Origin: a virus
Taxonomy: Duplodnaviria > Heunggongvirae > Uroviricota > Caudoviricetes
IMG/VR virus record: IMGVR_UViG_3300035182_001709
Strand: one strand, 5' to 3'
DNA length: 64,000 bases
Shown: positions 10,538 through 18,542 of the stretch, one piece after another
How positions within the stretch are numbered: the first letter of the stretch is position 1
How the letters are laid out: each line of letters begins with the position of its first letter
Translations under genes and position numbers: made by a program
The notes under the pieces: model-generated
The model's database searches: none
Seen by the model: the letters and a program-made list of their open reading frames with translations, nothing else
Told to the model about the DNA's origin: nothing

Positions 10538-11497
10538 ATGAAGAGCGTTGCAGTTATTGGGCAAGGGTTTGTCGGTGGATCGCTGACCACTGTGTTCGCT
10601 GAACGAGGGTTCGACGTCTATGTCTACGATAAGGCTGGTAAGACTGCCACAGGAGCGCAGTACTCGAAGTTCGTCCGCGGCGTGGCACAACCGTGCGAGT
10701 CGGTGGCAGACCTGGTCTCCTCCTGTGAGGAAAAGAAGAATTTTTCAGGCGTCTATTTTGTCGCCCTGCCGACGCCGATGTACGAGGACGGCACTGCCGA
10801 CCTTTCGATTGTAGAGGGCGTGCTCGATGAGCTGGCGGCCTGTACTGGCAATCGCATCGCTGTCGTCAAATCAACGGTGCCACCGGGCTCGACAGAACGT
10901 TGGAACAAGAAGTACGAAGGCACTGGACTCCGCGTGATCTTCAATCCCGAGTTCCTGACTGAAGCCAATGCCCTCGATGACATGCGTAATCAGGATCGTA
11001 TCATCCTTGGTGGACCTCGTCCGTGGATCAACACCGTCAAGTTGATCTTCCAGACGGCCTTTCCGAAGGTGACGCTCATCAAGACGTCTTCCACCACGGC
11101 TGAGATGGTGAAGTACACCATCAACTGCTTCCTGGCCACCAAGGTGTCCTTCGCCAACGAGATGGCACAGGTGTGTGAGGCGCTCGATAAGCGTGGACTG
11201 AACATCGACTACGATAAGGTCGTGGAATATGCTAGGCTCGACAAGCGCCTTGGCAACTCTCACTGGGCCGTCCCGGGTCCGGTGCCCACCCACGATGGCC
11301 GCTACGTTCGTGGCTTTGGAGGACACTGCTTCCCAAAGGACATGAACGCATTGATCGCTGTGGCCAAGGACTTGGGCGTTGACCCGAAGGTGATGGCCGC
11401 GTCTTGGGCCAAGAACCTCGAGGTTCGTGGTCCTGAGGATCGTGACTGGGAACACATGCAGGGCCGCGCTGTTAGCAAGAAAGGAGGCAAGAAGTGA
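10538..11497 (+). CDS. UDP-glucose/GDP-mannose dehydrogenase family protein (short form)
   Basis: N-terminal GxGxVG NAD fold (VAVIGQGFVGG); catalytic Cys motif GFGGHCFPKD. Confidence 0.75.
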   Translation: MKSVAVIGQGFVGGSLTTVFAERGFDVYVYDKAGKTATGAQYSKFVRGVAQPCESVADLVSSCEEKKNFSGVYFVALPTPMYEDGTADLSIVEGVLDELAACTGNRIAVVKSTVPPGSTERWNKKYEGTGLRVIFNPEFLTEANALDDMRNQDRIILGGPRPWINTVKLIFQTAFPKVTLIKTSSTTAEMVKYTINCFLATKVSFANEMAQVCEALDKRGLNIDYDKVVEYARLDKRLGNSHWAVPGPVPTHDGRYVRGFGGHCFPKDMNALIAVAKDLGVDPKVMAASWAKNLEVRGPEDRDWEHMQGRAVSKKGGKK

Positions 11498-11889
11498 TCA
11501 AGTTCTATTGGAGCCGATTGCCCGGCAAGTTCGTCAACAAGACCATTTGCGAGACTTTTATGCTCGCGGAAGGTCTGAACGCTGAATCTAAGTTCACCGG
11601 CACCGTCCGCGAGTGGTACGAGACGTTGGTGGAGACCTGTATTGACGCGCACAACACGGCAATCCATAAAGGCCTTGCCTCGTCTGAGTGGAAGCCAAAC
11701 TCCATTGAGTTGCTGGTGGGCCCTGACGTGCACACTATGCTAGAGGCATCGGTGCTGTACAGGTCCGACGGTCGCCTTGGAGCGCATTTCACCGTGAAGA
11801 AAGACAAGGGTCTGACGAACCGTGTCATAATGCGACATCGCGGCGAGGTGATCGGTGACGTGACCGTCCTCGACCTGCCTTGCCGCTGA
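11494..11889 (+). CDS. Hypothetical protein
   Basis: 131-aa ORF, last gene of the glycan operon. Confidence 0.35.
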   Translation: MIKFYWSRLPGKFVNKTICETFMLAEGLNAESKFTGTVREWYETLVETCIDAHNTAIHKGLASSEWKPNSIELLVGPDVHTMLEASVLYRSDGRLGAHFTVKKDKGLTNRVIMRHRGEVIGDVTVLDLPCR

Positions 11890-11907
11890 ATAAATTCAGC
11901 AGTGAAT

Positions 11908-11948
11908 CATCACGCCCGGTGCGATAAACAAATCCGACCGGGCGTGAT
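11908..11948 (+). promoter_or_regulatory. Perfect 11-bp inverted repeat (TCACGCCCGGT ... ACCGGGCGTGA) with a 16-nt loop in the intergenic region upstream of nadM
   Basis: Seen directly in the sequence; no T-tract follows it. Confidence 0.4.
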
Positions 11949-12027
11949 ACCTAACCGCATGTGGCAATGCCGCCACCCCTGGCGAGAAACCCAGTGAGGG
12001 TTTGCCGGAACCAACACGGAGAGTGTC

Positions 12028-13038
12028 ATGCGCGAGTTTGGCGTCTACATTGGGCGATTTCAGCCCTTTCACAATGCGCACCTAGAGATGGTGCGTTTCG
12101 CTCTTAAGCAGGCCAAGCGCCTCATCATCGTCGTCGGTAGCGACAACCAGGCAAGGAACGTCAAAAACCCCTGGACGACTGCGGAACGAATCAACATGAT
12201 TCGTGGACCGCTCACTGACGAAGAGCGAGCGCGGGTTGATTTCATCCCCGCCAAGGACTACCTCTACAACGACAACCTCTGGATCACTGCGGTACAGCGC
12301 TCAATCGATGAGGTCACTGACGGGTCAAAGGATGTCATCTTGGTCGGTCACAAGAAGGACGCCTCGAGCTTCTACTTGAAGCTGTTCCCACAGTGGGACT
12401 TCGTGGAGACCGGAATCACAATGGATGTCGATGCAACTCATATCCGTGAGTTGATGTTCACGCAGGACAAGATCGGCATTAAGAACCTGGTGCCCGAGGC
12501 TGTTTACGGCCAACTTCTGGCGTTCATGGCAACGTCCGAGTTCCAGCGACTCCACGAGGAGTACCACCACATCGCGGCGTACAAGGCCTCGTGGGACGGT
12601 GCACCCTTCCCTCCGACGTTCAATACCGTCGATGCCATCGTGGTCTGCAGTGGTCACGTCCTCGTCGTCCGCCGCCGTGGTGCTCCGGGCAAGGGTTTGA
12701 TCGCCCTGCCAGGAGGATTCCTGAACGTCAACGAAAAGATCGTCGATGGGATGGTCCGTGAGCTCAAGGAAGAGACAGGCATCAAGGTTCCGCCCCTCGA
12801 GTTGAAGAAGGTCATCGTCGATCAGCGGGTCTTCGATCATCCTGGTCGCTCGCTCCGCGGACGCACCATCACGCATGCCTTCTGTATCAAGCTTCCCGAC
12901 GGGGAGCTACCGCAGGTCAAAGGCATGGACGATGCCGACAAGGCCTGGTGGATGCCTCTGCGAGACGTCTTCTCTCGGGAAGATCAGTTCTTCGAGGATC
13001 ACTTCCACGTCATCAATTACTTCGTCAACCGCTTCTAA
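12028..13038 (+). CDS. nadM: Bifunctional NMN adenylyltransferase / Nudix hydrolase (NadM-Nudix, NatV-like)
   Basis: NadM motif GRFQPFHNAH; Nudix box GGFLNVNEKIVDGMVRELKEETGI. Confidence 0.85.
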   Translation: MREFGVYIGRFQPFHNAHLEMVRFALKQAKRLIIVVGSDNQARNVKNPWTTAERINMIRGPLTDEERARVDFIPAKDYLYNDNLWITAVQRSIDEVTDGSKDVILVGHKKDASSFYLKLFPQWDFVETGITMDVDATHIRELMFTQDKIGIKNLVPEAVYGQLLAFMATSEFQRLHEEYHHIAAYKASWDGAPFPPTFNTVDAIVVCSGHVLVVRRRGAPGKGLIALPGGFLNVNEKIVDGMVRELKEETGIKVPPLELKKVIVDQRVFDHPGRSLRGRTITHAFCIKLPDGELPQVKGMDDADKAWWMPLRDVFSREDQFFEDHFHVINYFVNRF

Positions 13039-13090
13039 ACCGCCACGATCGGACCAGAGAGGTCAGCGTGGCACTCACGGAGAGTGAATC

Positions 13091-14479
13091 ATGTGCAACA
13101 CCGACTACAACATCATACTAGATTGTGACAGTTACAAGGCTTCGCACTGGCTGCAATACCCGCCCAAGACGACCAGCGTCTTCTCGTACATCGAGAGCCG
13201 TGGCGGCCGCGACAGCGAGACAGTCGTCTTCGGCCTGCAGTACTTCCTGAAGCGCTACCTCTCGAGGCCCGTTACCCAGGACAACGTCGATGAGGCCGCC
13301 GCGTTCTACGCAGCTCATGGTGAGCCCTTCAACAAGGAAGGTTGGGATCACATCGTTAAGGACCACGGGGGCAAGTTGCCTCTGCGAATCCGAGCAGTGC
13401 CAGAAGGGACCGTCGTCCCGACGTTGAACGCACTGGTCACGGTCGAAAATACCTGCCCACAATGCTTCTGGACCACCTCGTGGATCGAGACGATGTTGCT
13501 CCGCGTCTGGTACCCGATCACGGTGGCGACCGAGAGCCGACACATCAAAAAGCTCATCATGAGCTTCCTGGAGAAGACCTCGGATGACCCCAGGGGTGAG
13601 ATCAACTTCAAGTTGCACGATTTCGGGGCTCGTGGAGTCTCGAGCCAAGAATCGGCAGCAATCGGTGGCGCCGCGCACCTGGTCAACTTCATGGGCAGCG
13701 ACACTGTCGTTGGCGTGATGACCGCGAATCGTTACTACAAGACGCCAATGGCCGCGTTCTCAATTCCAGCTGCTGAGCACTCGACCATTACCTCGTGGGG
13801 CAAGGAGAACGAGGCGGAGGCCTACCGCAACATGCTACGGAACTTCGCTAAGCCTGGAGCACTGGTCGCGGTGGTCAGCGACTCGTACGACATCTACAAT
13901 GCCTGTGAGCACATCTGGGGCGAGACCCTGCGTCAGGAGGTCAAGGATTCGGGCGCCATCGTGGTGGTACGTCCGGATTCGGGTCACCCGCCAACCGTGG
14001 TGCTCAACTGTCTGCGACTCTTGGAGTCCAAGTTCGGTTCAACTGTCAACTCGAAGGGCTACAAGGTCCTGAACAACGTTCGCGTCATCCAAGGTGACGG
14101 AATCAACCGTGACAGCATCTATGCGATCCTGGACGCGGCGGTGAAGGCCGGCTTCTCGGCGACCAACATCGCCTTCGGCATGGGAGGCGCGTTGTTGCAG
14201 CAACACAACCGCGATACGCAGAAGTTCGCCATGAAGTGTAGTCATATTGTGGCAGACGGCCTTGAGATCGACGTCTTCAAGGAACCAGTGACCGACTCGG
14301 GCAAGCGCTCGAAGAAGGGGCGTCTGGACCTCGAGGTCTTTGAGGGGCGATTCACCACGGGCCGAGTCCCAGTTGGCAAAGAGAAGCTGCCGTACTCAAT
14401 CATGGAGACGGTGTTCCTGGACGGTGAGGTCCTGAAAGAATACACCCTCGATGAGGTGCGAGCCCGCGCAGCCCTGTGA
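13091..14479 (+). CDS. nadV: Nicotinamide phosphoribosyltransferase (NAMPT/NadV)
   Basis: 462 aa, full-length NAMPT architecture; classic phage pairing with NadM-Nudix. Confidence 0.8.
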   Translation: MCNTDYNIILDCDSYKASHWLQYPPKTTSVFSYIESRGGRDSETVVFGLQYFLKRYLSRPVTQDNVDEAAAFYAAHGEPFNKEGWDHIVKDHGGKLPLRIRAVPEGTVVPTLNALVTVENTCPQCFWTTSWIETMLLRVWYPITVATESRHIKKLIMSFLEKTSDDPRGEINFKLHDFGARGVSSQESAAIGGAAHLVNFMGSDTVVGVMTANRYYKTPMAAFSIPAAEHSTITSWGKENEAEAYRNMLRNFAKPGALVAVVSDSYDIYNACEHIWGETLRQEVKDSGAIVVVRPDSGHPPTVVLNCLRLLESKFGSTVNSKGYKVLNNVRVIQGDGINRDSIYAILDAAVKAGFSATNIAFGMGGALLQQHNRDTQKFAMKCSHIVADGLEIDVFKEPVTDSGKRSKKGRLDLEVFEGRFTTGRVPVGKEKLPYSIMETVFLDGEVLKEYTLDEVRARAAL

Positions 14480-14955
14480 GGGTTGACATGGACGACGATC
14501 CGGATTACGATGACATCATGAACGTATTGGACATCAACAACATCCACGGTACCCTTTGGCAGGGTGCCATTCCGCCGGCAGGCAGCCTGCTGCGTGATAA
14601 GGGTTTTGATGTCGTGGTGCTCGCAGCAAGTGATCACCAGGACGCCTCATGGTACCCGGGTCTTCATGTCATCCTCGCACCGGGCGATGACGATGAACGT
14701 CCACATCGACTTATGAACTTCTTGCCGACATGGCAGGCGGCCGCCCGAGAGGTAGCCAGCCACGTCAGGTCAGGCAAGAAGGTCCTAGTCACATGCATGT
14801 CAGGGTACAATCGCAGCGGGATTGTGACCGCGATGGCCCTTCATGAGTTGACAGGTTGGAATGGCCACGTCTGCGTCGAGACGATCAAACGGCGCCGTCA
14901 GTATGCCTTGTCGAACAAGACATTTGTGGCTTGGGTCCACGACAACCTCAAGTAG
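14476..14955 (+). CDS. Dual-specificity (CX5R) protein phosphatase; ends with TAG followed in frame by GTT TAA
   Basis: VLVTCMSGYNRSG active-site loop (C-x5-R-S). Confidence 0.65.
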   Translation: MRVDMDDDPDYDDIMNVLDINNIHGTLWQGAIPPAGSLLRDKGFDVVVLAASDHQDASWYPGLHVILAPGDDDERPHRLMNFLPTWQAAAREVASHVRSGKKVLVTCMSGYNRSGIVTAMALHELTGWNGHVCVETIKRRRQYALSNKTFVAWVHDNLK

Positions 14956-15229
14956 GTTTAAGCCCTCTGTGTCAATCTTTGTACATAAAAGACGAATTTG
15001 ACATCAACATGTGTCCTTTATGTGCAAAGATTACAGAAGTTTTAGGGACCTGTACAAGACGCCACCTGTGTTGTATTTACAATACAAAGGCATCGCCATG
15101 TACGTCATGTATACGCAGAACTATCCACAGATGATTCTCCGCGAGCATTAGCTGCCGCGAGGTCCTCCTTTTCGCGCTCTTACCTCACCCGTGATTGAGT
15201 GCACTTTCAGAAAGAAAAGAGAGGACATC

Positions 15230-15577
15230 ATGAAGAACATCTATTTGCGCGTACTTCGCGCCAAGATCCGCGGTCTGCAGGCCACCGGCGTTTCGATCCA
15301 CAATCGTATCCGCAAGACGAGCGGCAAGCGACGTGATTCGCTGTGGCAGGAAAAGCGAAGGATTGGAACCTTCAACAGGGAGCACCTGATTGCTTACGGT
15401 TTGCTTCGCGGCATCCCGTATGAGAGGATTGAACATTGCTCAAACGTAAATCGACCCAGTCCCGCAAGGATTCACGAGCTGATGCTCGCCCACATGCCTC
15501 CTTGGGAGGCAAAAAAGCTCACGGTGGAGGCGGTGCAGGCCCTTCTCGAGCCCACGGAAAAAAGGCTCGAAAAATGA
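15230..15577 (+). CDS. Hypothetical protein
   Basis: SD AGAGAGGA upstream; ATGA overlap with the next gene. Confidence 0.4.
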   Translation: MKNIYLRVLRAKIRGLQATGVSIHNRIRKTSGKRRDSLWQEKRRIGTFNREHLIAYGLLRGIPYERIEHCSNVNRPSPARIHELMLAHMPPWEAKKLTVEAVQALLEPTEKRLEK

Positions 15578-15933
15578 GTGGTGGAAACCACAAGGTTAAG
15601 ACGGGGGATAAATTGTACCTCGTCACGCGGCGAGACATTGCGCCTGGTTACCAGGCCGTGCAGTCTTGCCATGCCATTCGACAGTTCACGGCTGATCATC
15701 CTGATCGCGATGGTGAGTGGTTTACCAACTCTAACTACCTCGCGTTGCTGTCAGTGGCCGATGAGGTAGAGCTGATGCGTCTTATCACCGCTGCCAAGGA
15801 CCATGGCCTGCGTTGGAGTGCTTTCCGTGAACCTAACGTGGGAGGCGCCATCACGGCGATCGCCATCGAGCCACATCCCAAGACGGCAGAGCTCTGTAAG
15901 AACCTGCCACTGGCGCTCAAGGAACTGTCATGA
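15574..15933 (+). CDS. PTH2-family peptidyl-tRNA hydrolase-like protein
   Basis: KLYLVTRRDIAPGYQAVQSCHA...AITAIAIEP parallels PTH2 (VIVVRKDLxMxKGKxAAQxAHA...AFGP). Confidence 0.55.
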   Translation: MSGGNHKVKTGDKLYLVTRRDIAPGYQAVQSCHAIRQFTADHPDRDGEWFTNSNYLALLSVADEVELMRLITAAKDHGLRWSAFREPNVGGAITAIAIEPHPKTAELCKNLPLALKELS

Positions 15934-16286
15934 GCGACGAACACAAGGCGCCCGACACAATCACCTTCGATGACTTCTTGAAGGTCGATATTCGTGTGGG
16001 CGAAATCACTAAGTCAGAGGCAGTGCCCAAGAGCGACAAACTTGTCAAGCTCGAGGTCTACTTTGGATCCGAGATCGGCTATCGCACCATTATGGCCGGC
16101 ATCGCTAAGAGCTACCACGTGGAGATGTTGGTCGGCACTCGGGTGTTGGCCGTGGTCAACCTTGCGCCTCGCAAGATGATGGGCGTTGAATCACACGGAA
16201 TGCTTCTAGCAGGACATGACCCGGTGACGGGCACAGTTACACTTGCCACGTGTATGGGAGTTCCCTGGGGAGAACGAATCGGTTGA
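15930..16286 (+). CDS. tRNA-binding domain protein (Trbp111/CsaA/EMAP-II/MetRS-C type)
   Basis: FDDFLKVDIRVGEITKSE...KLVKLEVYFG...NLAPRKMMGVESHGMLLA is the canonical tRNA_bind OB-fold. Confidence 0.7.
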   Translation: MSDEHKAPDTITFDDFLKVDIRVGEITKSEAVPKSDKLVKLEVYFGSEIGYRTIMAGIAKSYHVEMLVGTRVLAVVNLAPRKMMGVESHGMLLAGHDPVTGTVTLATCMGVPWGERIG

Positions 16287-16294
16287 GCAAGGGC

Positions 16295-16325
16295 GGGCGG
16301 TGAAATTCACCGCCCGTTTTGCTTG
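16295..16325 (+). terminator. Rho-independent terminator (9-bp GC-rich stem GGGCGGTGA/TCACCGCCC, loop AAT, then GTTTTGCTT)
   Basis: Directly visible hairpin plus U-tract downstream of the tRNA-binding protein gene. Confidence 0.65.
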
Positions 16326-16327
16326 CC

Positions 16328-16936
16328 ATGAATCATGGCAACGGAAATCGCGAAAGTTTCTTCAGGCATTTGGATTCGTTCCTAGCCCCGAGCGTCATCC
16401 TCAACGTGCAGCATGCCTACACGATGGCAAAGTATGGCAACCGCGCGTAGGTTCGAAAGGAATTGGACGACCACGGTGATCCCGTCAGGTACTTCGAGCA
16501 CGTGCGCCAAGTGGCCATCGTCCTGATCGACAAGGCCAAGATCGTCAAGTCAGAGATGATAATCTCTGCGTTGCTCCATGACGTGGCGGAAGACGCTCCC
16601 AACCTGCCGCCCGTGTTGATCGAGCGCTGCTTCGGCACCGATGTCATCGAGATCATCAAGACTTTGAACAAGGTGCCCGAGGAAGGTTATTTTGAGTGCT
16701 TCAACATGTCGACCGACTGGCGTCCGTTCATCAAGGCACGTGATCGGCTCGACAATCTCAGGACGTTGGGGGCAGCCTCTAAGGAGTTCCGTGTCAAGCA
16801 GGTCGCAGAGACCCGCGAGAAGTACTTTCCGTTGTTCGACGTCATGATGACTCTGACGCCCGCACCTATCTCAATCACCCCCAGACGCTGCGTGACCTGG
16901 TCCGAGCCGAGACGGAGAAACAAGTGCTGCTACTGA
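16328..16936 (+). CDS. HD-domain hydrolase (RelA/SpoT/MESH1-like (p)ppGpp hydrolase family) with an in-frame TAG at 16448-16450
   Basis: ATG 16328 opens ...VQHAYTMAKYGNRA-TAG-VRKELDDHGDPVRYFEHVRQVAIVL...ISALLHDVAEDAPN. The conserved HD N-terminal helix (AxxxHxGQxRxxxxPYxxHPxxVAxxL) spans the TAG, so translating across it gives a complete domain. Confidence 0.6.
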
Positions 16937-16955
16937 CCGTACAATTTTGAGGTTT

Positions 16956-17028
16956 GCCTCGGTAGCTTAGCGGGCTAAAGCTGCGGTCTCTAAAACCGCG
17001 ATCGTGGGTTCGACTCCCACTCGGGGCA
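16956..17028 (+). tRNA. Amber suppressor tRNA (anticodon CUA at 16990-16992); amino-acid identity unknown; discriminator A; no encoded CCA
   Basis: Canonical cloverleaf: acceptor GCCTCGG/TCGGGGC, D arm GCTT-AGCGGGCTA-AAGC, anticodon stem GCGGT/ACCGC with loop CUCUAAA (U33, A37), T arm GTGGG-TTCGACT-CCCAC. Confidence 0.8.
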
Positions 17029-17030
17029 CT

Positions 17031-17102
17031 GCTCCTGTAACTCAATGGCAGAGTGACGGATTCTAACACCATGCGTTGAGGGTTCAAGTCCCTTCGGGAG
17101 CG
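17031..17102 (+). tRNA. Second tRNA with probable CUA anticodon (17063-17065) but a weak anticodon stem
   Basis: Acceptor GCTCCTG/CGGGAGC, D arm ACTC-AATGGCA-GAGT, T arm GAGGG-TTCAAGT-CCCTT. Anticodon loop UUCUAAC is flanked by stem ACGGA/ACCAT (3 of 5 pairs), so identity is less certain. Confidence 0.5.
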
Positions 17103-17417
17103 TCATGGAAACTGCCTTTATCTGTGATCACTGCGGCAAGCGTTGTAGCCTCGAGCAAATGCTTGAGCTCCGTGAGTGATCCAGCCTTCTACAACAACTC
17201 TGGTCTAGAGAGGCTCGCTGAATAGTTTCGACTCCGGCGCGATGAGCCAGAAGAACCGCTTCAACGTTATCATCTGTGTCATGAGTATCATCGCTATGGC
17301 GGTACATGGCGCATGGTGCCCTGTGGACCGATGTATCACGAGACAGAGCAGGAGTACTTCATTCACTGGGTTGGTGGCTCGATGAACTTCGCGCAGAAAC
17401 GTTGATACATTGTTGGA

Positions 17418-18248
17418 ATGAGCGACAGCGGCCTGGATGAGGCGAAGCCCATTTTCGAGAACCTTCCCACCGGGAAGCCTCACATTTCGTTTTCTGAACT
17501 GCGCGACTGGCAGGATTGCTCATATCGTCACAAGCTGAAGTACATCGACAAGATCGGCGTCTTCGAGCCTGTTCCCATCATCGACTTTGGGACCGCGGTC
17601 CACTCGGCCTGTGAGAAGTTCCTAGAGACGCGTGTGATGGAACCCGAGATTGCCCATATTTCTCTGAGGAAGTTCTTCGAGACGCACAAGGCCCGTCCTG
17701 CATACACGCCTGAGCTCCTGCAACAGATGTTGGCTGAGGCCACCTCGATTTGTGCAGACGTGCCGGCATTCATGGACGAGAACTTCCCGGATTGGGAATA
17801 CGTTGACGCCGAACACGAGCTCTACGAGTCGATGGAAAAGCATCCACATGCCTTCAAGGGCTTCATCGACGGCATCATCAAGGCCAAAGGCAAGCGTGGT
17901 GAACCCGTCTATTGGCTGATCGACTGGAAGACAACCGCATGGGGATGGACAGCCGACAAGAAGTCTGACCCACGCGTGCTGCAGCAACTGGTCTTCTACA
18001 AGAACTTCTGGTCATCCAAGACAGGCACCGATCCCAAGCACGTCCGCTGTGGCTTCGTCCTGTTGAAACGCAGTGCCAAGGTAGGCAGTCACTGCGAACT
18101 CGTCAAGGTGTCAGTGGGTGACGTCACCACTGGTAGGTCGCTGAAGGTCCTCAACAATGCGGTGGTTTCCATCCGCCGTAAGATCTTCATCAAGAACAGG
18201 GACTCTTGCACCTATTGCGACTACAAGAATACCGAGCACTGCACTTGA
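17418..18248 (+). CDS. PD-(D/E)XK exonuclease, Cas4/RecB-like with C-terminal Cys cluster
   Basis: RecB-nuclease motifs (DFGTAVHSACEKF; FIDGII; IDWKTT) and terminal C-x2-C-x6-C (CTYCDYKNTEHC) plus an N-terminal Cys. Confidence 0.6.
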   Translation: MSDSGLDEAKPIFENLPTGKPHISFSELRDWQDCSYRHKLKYIDKIGVFEPVPIIDFGTAVHSACEKFLETRVMEPEIAHISLRKFFETHKARPAYTPELLQQMLAEATSICADVPAFMDENFPDWEYVDAEHELYESMEKHPHAFKGFIDGIIKAKGKRGEPVYWLIDWKTTAWGWTADKKSDPRVLQQLVFYKNFWSSKTGTDPKHVRCGFVLLKRSAKVGSHCELVKVSVGDVTTGRSLKVLNNAVVSIRRKIFIKNRDSCTYCDYKNTEHCT

Positions 18249-18542
18249 TAACACCGATCAAGCCCGGCTCAACTATAAATTTCATTGTCAGCCACCTAGA
18301 CGGATCTTTGCCTCCGACAGTTGCTTACCGCACATTTGAAGGCTTGAAGCGCAAAGACGAAGATGACGTAGCGTATCTGGATTTCGAAACGATCGGTCTT
18401 GTCGTTGCGTGCCTTCAACTTGATGATGACAAATTTGCTGTGAAGGTTCTGTTAAGTGAACCGCCTCGACGGGTGTGTGACGCAATGTGTGTAGCTTCAT
18501 TCACTCCCTGGGGTGCCTGTATTGCTACGCTTTACAGATTCA

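Noticed and set aside
12325-12876. 183-aa minus-strand ORF inside nadM; similar antisense ORFs at 10871-11455, 22002-22742 and 24142-24711
   Set aside because: They lie fully antisense to strongly supported genes, have low-complexity or high-Arg composition, and match no recognisable motifs.
17105-17179. 24-codon plus-strand ORF METAFICDHCGKRCSLEQMLELRE (CxxC...C) right after the suppressor tRNAs
   Set aside because: Too short to support without conservation or expression data. Noted as a possible zinc-ribbon micro-protein only.
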